Shown here: positions 56,457-64,000 of the stretch, in pieces
How the letters are laid out: every line of letters begins with the position of its first letter
Numbering within the stretch: position 1 is the stretch's first letter
Source of the DNA: Kudoa neothunni
Lineage: Eukaryota; Animalia; Cnidaria
Length of the DNA stretch: 64,000 nucleotides
Direction: 5' to 3'
NCBI GenBank assembly: GCA_964304625.1
Contig: OZ199838.1
Coordinates: 1,499,158-1,563,157 of the forward strand
Translations under genes and position numbers: made by a program
Notes under the pieces: generated by a model
What the model was told of the DNA's origin: nothing
The model's input: only the letters and a program-made list of their open reading frames with translations
The model's database searches: none

Positions 56457-57077
56457 ATGTCAACTAAAAACGTCATGAAAGCTCGATTGTTCTTCCCACA
56501 TTTTACCGTGGCTCTATTGAGACCAAAACCCGGGACCGATCCAAACCGTCTCCAATTCAAAATATCCAGAGAAATGAGCAAACTCGATTTAAAATTGTAT
56601 TTGAAAGCGTTGTATGGAATTGATGTGCATTTTGTGAGAACAATCATACCGAAAGATCTCACTTATGGAGGTGTGCTTTTGATAGTGTGGTTCTTTTATG
56701 GTTGATTTTCGATGTAGAATATAAATCCTATAATAAAGTCGAATACAAATTAGCCCTGACCACTATTGTGTGTGGTTGATTTTTGGATTAAATTCTAGTT
56801 AACGTATGACTGAATAATTTAGAGCGAACCATTCAAATTTCCCCACGTTGATCATTTCTTCACCGAGCACATCAAAAAACAACTCCAACTCCCTCATGTC
56901 GAACAACCTGAAGAAATCACCCATAGCAATGGCCCAGTTATTGCAAAACGAGAACGATCCGATCAACATGCCCCCTTAAAATTGAAATACGATTATCCCA
57001 CTTATAAAATTGTTGATCCCAATCAAGCTAAGAAATCTAGTGATTGGGTGGATAATTGGTTTACACTTTTTAGTTGA
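56457..57077 (+). CDS. MRPL23: Mitochondrial ribosomal protein L23
   Basis: LFFPHFTVALLRP...PNRLQFKISREMSKLDLKLYLKALYGIDVHFVRT; YKLALTT|SEPFKFP; 3 exons. Confidence 0.88.
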
Positions 57078-57209
57078 TATTTTAAATCGGAAAGTTTTTC
57101 AATTATTTAGCCAAGTATTTGACACACACCTATTTGGTTTTGTTGAATTTTCTGCGTGCGCATATTTTACTATTTTATTTGGTTTTGTCAGCTCAGCGCG
57201 ATTCTCTCT

Positions 57210-57826
57210 ATGAGTTTCGTTAGAAAGGATGTACAACAGACGAATTCGGTAATCACCTGCAGAACTTTCATAGGTACAAGTGTTTATTCATCGCTGTAGA
57301 ACACAATTAACAATCCAAATGCAACCATTATTAAACAAGATCAATCCAACGAGAAAATTAACACTATAGTCGATGACGAAATTACAACAACGCATGTAGG
57401 CTATCTACCAAATTCCAGTTTAAATTTCGAGAAAGAAAGTAATGACATGAATTTGGAAAAATTCTTATAAGCGGGACTATTCTAGTACGTCAAATAATGT
57501 CAGCGTATGATGATAGCAATCAATATCAATACAACGGTTCTACTATTCAAATTCTTGATGATATTTTAAGTGGATTTGTTAGAGACACTGTAAGAATTAT
57601 GATGATGGTGGTGGTGGATTTAAATGATATTATTGCTGTTGTGTAGACTCGACGAGCTGAACAAGTAGGCAAACGCGGAAAAATCACAACAAGCGATATC
57701 ATATATGTGGTCAAAAATGATAAAATCAAATATTATCGTGCAAAAGAATTACTCAAACTCAACGAACAGCTTAAGAAAGCTAAAAAGCTAGCTGAAGCTG
57801 ATGTTGATCTTGATCTTGATTTGTAG
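57210..57826 (+). CDS. TAF13: TFIID subunit TAF13
   Basis: FEKEIRQIMSAYDD...STIQILDDILSGFV...GKRGKITTSDIIYVVKNDKIKYYRAKELLKLNEQLKKAKK; 4 exons. Confidence 0.9.
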
Positions 57827-59414
57827 TCAACTACTCCTGTATTATATATGCTTATTACAGATTTTTTAATTTTTTCAAATTTTGCTAATATTTTCTTAAA
57901 ATTGAAATAATTCAACATTAATTGTAGAGATACTTACACTTTTGGAACTTTTTGATGTCGACAATTCTAATCTCATTTATTGATGAAAGGAGCAGTTTAT
58001 TTTATTGAATTCTAATTAGTTTATTATTCGTAAATTTAAATTAATTAGTATTTCATCAATTTTCCGTTAAAACCAAAACCGTGGTCACAACTACATTCAA
58101 GGTATTAATTCTTTATTGGAAGTAAAAAAAGCGCTCTACTTCTGGTGCATTCTAAACTTCTACATTAGTATCTATATTTTTTATGAGAAATAAAATTTTT
58201 GTTATTGTTAAAGAACGAATGAATGAATAAATGAATGAATAAATAAATAAATAATTCACGGGTGTTTGAATGATGTCGTGATTTGTTAGGACATTTTATG
58301 AAGGGTACTAGGAATGTCGGGTTGGTTTTCGGTGCGAGATTTAAAATAAAGATAATGAATTTCGATATTTTCAATAAAAACTAAATAAGGAAGAATTATA
58401 CATCCCACTATTATAGAAATTTTTCAAACGCACTTCATTATCGTTTATATTAAAATCACGATATACAGGAAGAGTAACCAATTCACGCATTTTTTATAAA
58501 CATATTTAATGAGAAAATTTTTTGGTCATTTTTTATACAATACTTAAAATAAAACCCCGTTTCGTGAAGGCATCCTTGCGAAGGCATCCTTGCGCAAACT
58601 AAAGTCTTTTTGATTCTTAAACAAATAGCGCTAATACACAGTTTTGCCTGGTACTGTGTGATGGAAATTTTCAACTTTTAGTTTTATTTTTGAATGGAGA
58701 AATTCTACGGAATATTTAATTTAATATAATTAATTAGCATGTTAAATATTGTAAATTTTATTTTTCTATTTTAATTGATACATTTTGTTACTTGACATTA
58801 TTTTTTAAATGTGATGATTTAGTGAAACCAAATAATGAGTAAAAACATATCGATATATATGATAAAAAGAAATATTCATTTATGAAGTTATCACAAAAAT
58901 TTAATTATTTGAAAACTCTACTCACATCTTACATCGTTTTTAGAATATGAATAGAGACCAAAATTATTCCAGAGTAGCAACAACTTATAACCTCAAATTA
59001 TGTGTTCAATTTAAAATGATCTTAAGTCTATTTTCTTATAAACGAAGCTATATTTAAAAAAAATATGTTTCAAGTTTTAAAGGAAATGCAACAACTCTTT
59101 TAAATGTGACGTTAATAATTTTATTTGTCTTACAATTACTCCAAATATGTAGCATTTTTGAAACATTCCATACTAAATTTAACTGATTTTCTTTGCATAT
59201 AATGGGTAAAAGTTCATTCGAATAGACTATCGCTCCGAAGTAAACAAACATCAATACAGTAGGTGACGGCTCGTAAGCACTTAAAGAGAACCAAGCAGCT
59301 TCGTTCTTCGAAAGATAAACTGGTGGATATAATGACATATAATGAAAAAATATCGAAAGGGAAAACAGAAAAACTAAAATTCTTAATGGTTTTAACGTAA
59401 AATCTCTATTCTCT

Positions 59415-61200
59415 TTAACATCCCTCGCGCCCCAAAAAACAACATACACTTGGTGCTATTGGGGTCTATTTGACCCCATGTTTTTATTGGTTCTATCTGC
59501 TGTAAAAATTTTGATAAACTTAGTTCCAATATTTAAAAAAATATATCGAAAAGTTTCAAAGTTATCATAATAAACATTTCTTACAGGGTCGCACAAATTT
59601 CGACGATCACACAAATAATGTTACCAATTATTAAACTCTGAGTGTTATGGATTGCCCAAATCATTTTAATTCCTATTTTGGCGCAAATAAAAAAATTATG
59701 AAATGTTTAAAGCTCATAAAAGTGTATACTACTAAATAAATTGAGTCATTTATTGATCTCTCATGAACAATTCAAACAAACTCTTGAATTTAAGTAGAAT
59801 CTTTTTCTGAATTTTGATAAGTTTACGTTGGTTCTATTAAACGTTTCTGTAGGAATATTGGGTCGTTTGACAAGTTTATCCGCTAAATTCTCGTGGAATT
59901 TGGATATTTTAATTTTATTTTCGTTGAATACGATTTGATACAGGGCAAATGCATTAATTAAACGTATACCTAAGATACTGAAGAAAACCACTGTTGGCCT
60001 ACGATTTGAATATCTCTTATCGCTAGTATTCTATGAACGGTGTCAACCCCACCTTTTGTTTTATTGTAACAATTAATATCTGACTTTTTATAAATATATA
60101 TATGTATATATAATCATCAGATAAACTGGTATTATTTGTTGACGTTGCCAATATTAAAACAGCCTTATTTTGTTAGTACATAGATATCCCAGCATTTTCT
60201 TGTCATTAAAAAGAAAAAGTGAACTGGATAAAAACCCTGGATTTATTCGTTTTCATTGTCTCAGGAATATCTCGTTTATTATATTTGACGGTACCAAGCA
60301 TTGTGGGTCCAAGTTTTAATAACTTATCGGAGAGGAGTACTGAGATAAAAAAATTGTCGAAAACAATATTTCTACCATTAGATTTTAAACAAGAAACGAG
60401 ATCCAGTGCAACACTCTCTTCCAAGCATTTTTCCCTTTGATTATTGACTTTACCTAGGTAAATGAATATATTATGGTGATAATTAGTTGCAGGGTCAACC
60501 AACAAAAAAAATGGATGCCATAAACCACCGGCTATGAAGGCATGTACTCCTTAAATGAGCACTTACCCCTAAATGATATTAACCGCTAATCGCCCATCGC
60601 CCATCGACAGTTAGGTCTGTATGAGGAATCAGGCATTTAGACAGTATCCCTTTCCAATTCTCAAAAATTTCTCGAATTGAGCAAAATTTATTGCCTTCTT
60701 TTCGCTGAGGCTTCGTTTCAAAGTCATCAGAATGTAGAGCGCTTGTTATTTCAACAAATCTACGTAAAGGCATCCATCATGTACGAAATATGGGTCTATC
60801 GTTGTCTACACTCCATAAGGATTTAACAGATTCTAGTTTAGATTTATAAATCGCCATGTATTCGAGAATGCCATGTATACAAGAATGTCATCTAAGCACG
60901 AAACTCTAAACATGATAACTCTTCCCACGATTCGAGATAATGATGAAATCCAAATTTGTTTTTATTTTTGACAATAATATCGTAGAAAGTGACGTCTAAA
61001 AATATATGCAGGTAGTCAATTAACGCTCTTATTCTGTTAGTTGCATAGGCGGTTATGCCCGTAGTCTTAGCCATTATGTTCTCCTTCCGTGTTTTAGTTG
61101 ATATGGGTATTTAGGTAGACCATGACTGGTTATTTTCATTTATGTACACAGAAGGTGTATTAACACATACATTATCATCAGAATCGGATGATAACAATTC
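59415..61200 (-). mobile_element. piggyBac (PGBD, DDE_Tnp_1_7) transposase pseudogene
   Basis: IYLGK...GRNIVFDNFFIS...LGTVKYNKRDIP, DLTVD, FRGKCSFKEYMP, YNKTKGGVD, INAFALY; TTAA and GGGGTCTATTTGACCCC end-like motif at 59415-59477; frameshifted. Confidence 0.88.
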
Positions 61201-61599
61201 TAAATCACTATATTCTTCAATGTCAAGGATTTCACTGGAAAACATATACAGTCAAGAATGGATATTGCGTGGGTTTTGGGGACCAGAAAAAACCCACGCA
61301 ATAAAAAGTTTTTACGCAATATCCAGTTTTCATACGTGCGCATCACACTGTAAAATACGATTTTCTTGTGCTTACGTTCGATGATTATTCCTACAAACAA
61401 ACATTGTTAAAACACAAATAATACCGAGTTCAATTTAGGAAGAGTTATTAAACTTTGTCAATAAATCTTGTGATTTTTGTATGTCGAAATCTTTACATTG
61501 ATATTTTTTAAATTCTACCCGGTATGGGATATAAATCAAACAATCTAGATGGAACCTCTGGAATTAAAACTTTCATTAAAATATTAACTATACTTTTTA

Positions 61600-62900
61600 T
61601 TCATTTGATTAAAATTTTGACTTCTTTAATAATTGGTTCGATATCATCAGATTAACCATTGTTGCAGCATTACCATCGTCAAATATATTTTCGTAAACTT
61701 TGAATTCATTTAAAAAGATTAATTATGTGTACATAAAATATTCCTTTTTGAACTGTTTCTGGCTTAAAATGACTTTCTTAAATCTTTTTGTTCTATAAAC
61801 TGATATATTCTTTTATTACAGTTTTATATTTTGCTTTACTTCAAGCATTTTTGATTTTTAAAATAATTAAATATAAATTCTGGCGTAATACTCTCCCAAA
61901 GTTTAATTAATAACATGATTGAGTTTAGTAATGTTTATTTTTCGATGATAAAAGCTTCACATAAAACCATGCGCTTAGTCAGTGTATTCCTGCCTTAATT
62001 TTTAATGCGTTTGATGATGCTTAAATAAAGGTTTGAAGAATATTTGATGTTTTTGGTAGGAAAAAAATTTCGATCTTTAAAAAAAATTAATATTTTGGGG
62101 ATCCAGAGGATATTGGCTATCAAAATTAAAAAAACTTTTCTATTCTCATTTATCATTCTTTGGTTCAACTTTCTAATTATGTTTATAAATCTATTACACA
62201 TCGTCCATCTTTTTTTTGGATTAATATTCACACTATGTATGTTTAAATCAGTTAAAACGTCTTGGATTCTGAAATTTACCAGTAGAATCTGATGGGAGTT
62301 TAGCACTATTTACAAAAAAATAGTGACAGTGAAACATTCACTCTTTTTTGGATATTTTTCGTCATATATTCCAACTTCGTCCTTTAAAATATAACTAATG
62401 TTTTGTAACTGCTCATAAAATTATAAACAATTTCATCAATGTTTATAACGTCTTTAGGATTATATGCCTTAACCAAATTAGTGTATTCAACAGATGAAAT
62501 ATCTGTATTCGCAGCCTCACCATGAAACATTTTGAAAGCTACCCCATATTTTGATATGGACTCTGAAAGGCACCCTTCATTAGACTTTAAATTAGAAATT
62601 TCTTTTTTACTTACAATGTATAAAGCAATTCCGATAATAACACATCTCAGCAGAACATTATTATTCGAACATTGTTTAACGATCCAATCATACAGTTCAC
62701 CATCTATATTTTTAATTTTTCCCAAAAATGTGTCCTCTTTAGTTTCAATATCCGTATTGTTGACTTTATCTTCGTGTGAATGAATTCTATCAATTTTTAA
62801 ATGACTTTAAATGTGACAATGTATTAATGATCAACGTAAATCACCATATTACTCAATTTAACTTAGAAATTGTAATCTTTTTGACGACTTTTAATATTTG
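61600..62900 (-). mobile_element. pogo/Tigger (jerky-like) transposase pseudogene
   Basis: IDGELYDWI...SNEGCL...MFHGEAANTD...YNPKDVINIDE; downstream RKLNQRM...RKVFLILIAN...FFPTKN. Confidence 0.75.
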
Positions 62901-63167
62901 TATCGAATTATCGTCCTTCGAAATAAATAATTAACAAAAGAAATGAGCACGTTTCTCCTTATGATGATTTCAAAAATGTTGGCTACGGATGGTTTTCTTG
63001 GCTTTAATAATAGGTTAAACTTGAAAAATCAGTTTCCATGGCGAAGCTACTTAGCACGTTACCCATAGGAATCATTACAGTTTGGAACATTCAACTTTTT
63101 AAAATTCTTGAAAATTAAGGGGGGATCAAATATGCAATGTCGAGATCGAGATGAGACCGCGCGCTGT

Positions 63168-63410
63168 TCTATCAGTTCTATCAATTCTGTCAATTCTATC
63201 AATTCTGTCAATTCTATCAATTCAATTCTATCAATTCTGTCAATTCAATTCTGTCAATTCTATCAATTCTGTCAATTCTATCAATTCAATTCTATCAATT
63301 CAATTCTATCAATTCAATTCTATCAATTCTGTCAATTCAATTCTGTCAATTCTATCAATTCAATTCTATCAATTCTATCAATTCTGTCAATTCAATTCAA
63401 TTCTATCAAT
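63168..63410. repeat. Compound minisatellite of TCAATTCT(A/G) 9-mers and TCAAT 5-mers
   Basis: Directly visible; it explains the spurious ORFs 63108..63413 and 63151..63423. Confidence 0.95.
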
Positions 63411-63601
63411 TAACGTCTTGTAAGTGATTCCAAAACATGGTTATTTTTGTTCTTAATAAATTGTTTTCACAATCACTAAAAGAAACCCGAAAATTTTTAA
63501 TTTTTAATAATATTACGTCCATTATAACAATTATTTTTTCGCGCCAAAAGTGTTCCTCAATTTTTTAATTTAAATCTAAATTACATAATATTTTTCAATC
63601 G

Positions 63602-64000
63602 ATGGATGATCCTAACTATATCTCTTCTAATGATGTTACGTATGTGGAAAATTTGAAAATATCCTACAAAGGTGTCGGTTATCCATCCTATAGGTGACGA
63701 ATTGGCTAAAATCGAGCTATACACATGTAAGAGTATATGGAAAAAAGAGCAGATTATTTTAGAAAGTCGAAACAAAAAAATGAACGTTCACGTATCTTTA
63801 TCACGTGCGCGCCTAAAAGCTATTAAGAATTACACGTCTACGAGGCCTAATTCGTACTTTTCCCCACAGAAATAAGCAGGCGCGCACGCAAAAAAGAAAC
63901 ATGGCAATAAAAAATAAAAATCATTATTATACTATTCTTCATTATTAACACAGGTTGTAGAGTTGATTGGTGATGATGGACATGAGGGTTTGGTTGTGAA
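63602..64000 (+). CDS. Possible 5' part of a spliced gene running off the window (unidentified)
   Basis: One feasible splice path gives MDDPNYISSNDVTYVENLKISYKGVGYPSY|SIWKKEQIILESRNKKMNVH|VVELIGDDGHEGLVV; the junctions are ambiguous. Confidence 0.3.

Noticed and set aside
1-64000. Alternative genetic code or non-canonical splice sites as the explanation for fragmented ORFs
   Set aside because: The conserved genes reconstruct with the standard code and GT-AG introns; only one RFWD3 junction (~45790-45840) is ambiguous. Most short ORFs in the track are antisense or AT-rich noise.

Overview
Very AT-rich eukaryotic, most likely animal, genomic DNA with mostly 33-60 nt GT-AG introns and strongly diverged proteins. 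This suggests a compact, fast-evolving parasite lineage such as Myxozoa or Orthonectida, which is an inference only. By manual splicing I can reconstruct importin-alpha, two tandem secreted gamma-glutamyltranspeptidase (GGT)-like paralogs, a claudin/PMP22-like tetraspan, EXOSC2/RRP4, a ~7 kb gene for a large type-I membrane protein built of Cys-containing FN3-like modules, RFWD3, PPP1R8/NIPP1, PATL1/Pat1, MRPL23 and TAF13, plus partial genes at both window ends. The genes sit in tight clusters separated by decayed mobile DNA: Tc1/IS630, pogo/Tigger, Merlin, several hAT, piggyBac, a Penelope-like RT relic, MITEs, a tRNA-derived SINE-like structured island and three tandem repeats. Most interesting: (i) the GGT pair has a Thr->Ser swap at the nucleophile and has lost the other catalytic and substrate-binding residues, and one copy has become a charge-segregated poly-Asp/Glu plus Arg-rich protein; (ii) the giant modular surface protein has apparent homopolymer frameshifts; (iii) the B-box-containing, highly base-paired ~420 nt island; (iv) an importin-alpha whose IBB has lost much of its basic charge. 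All gene models are hand-derived and unverified by RNA data.
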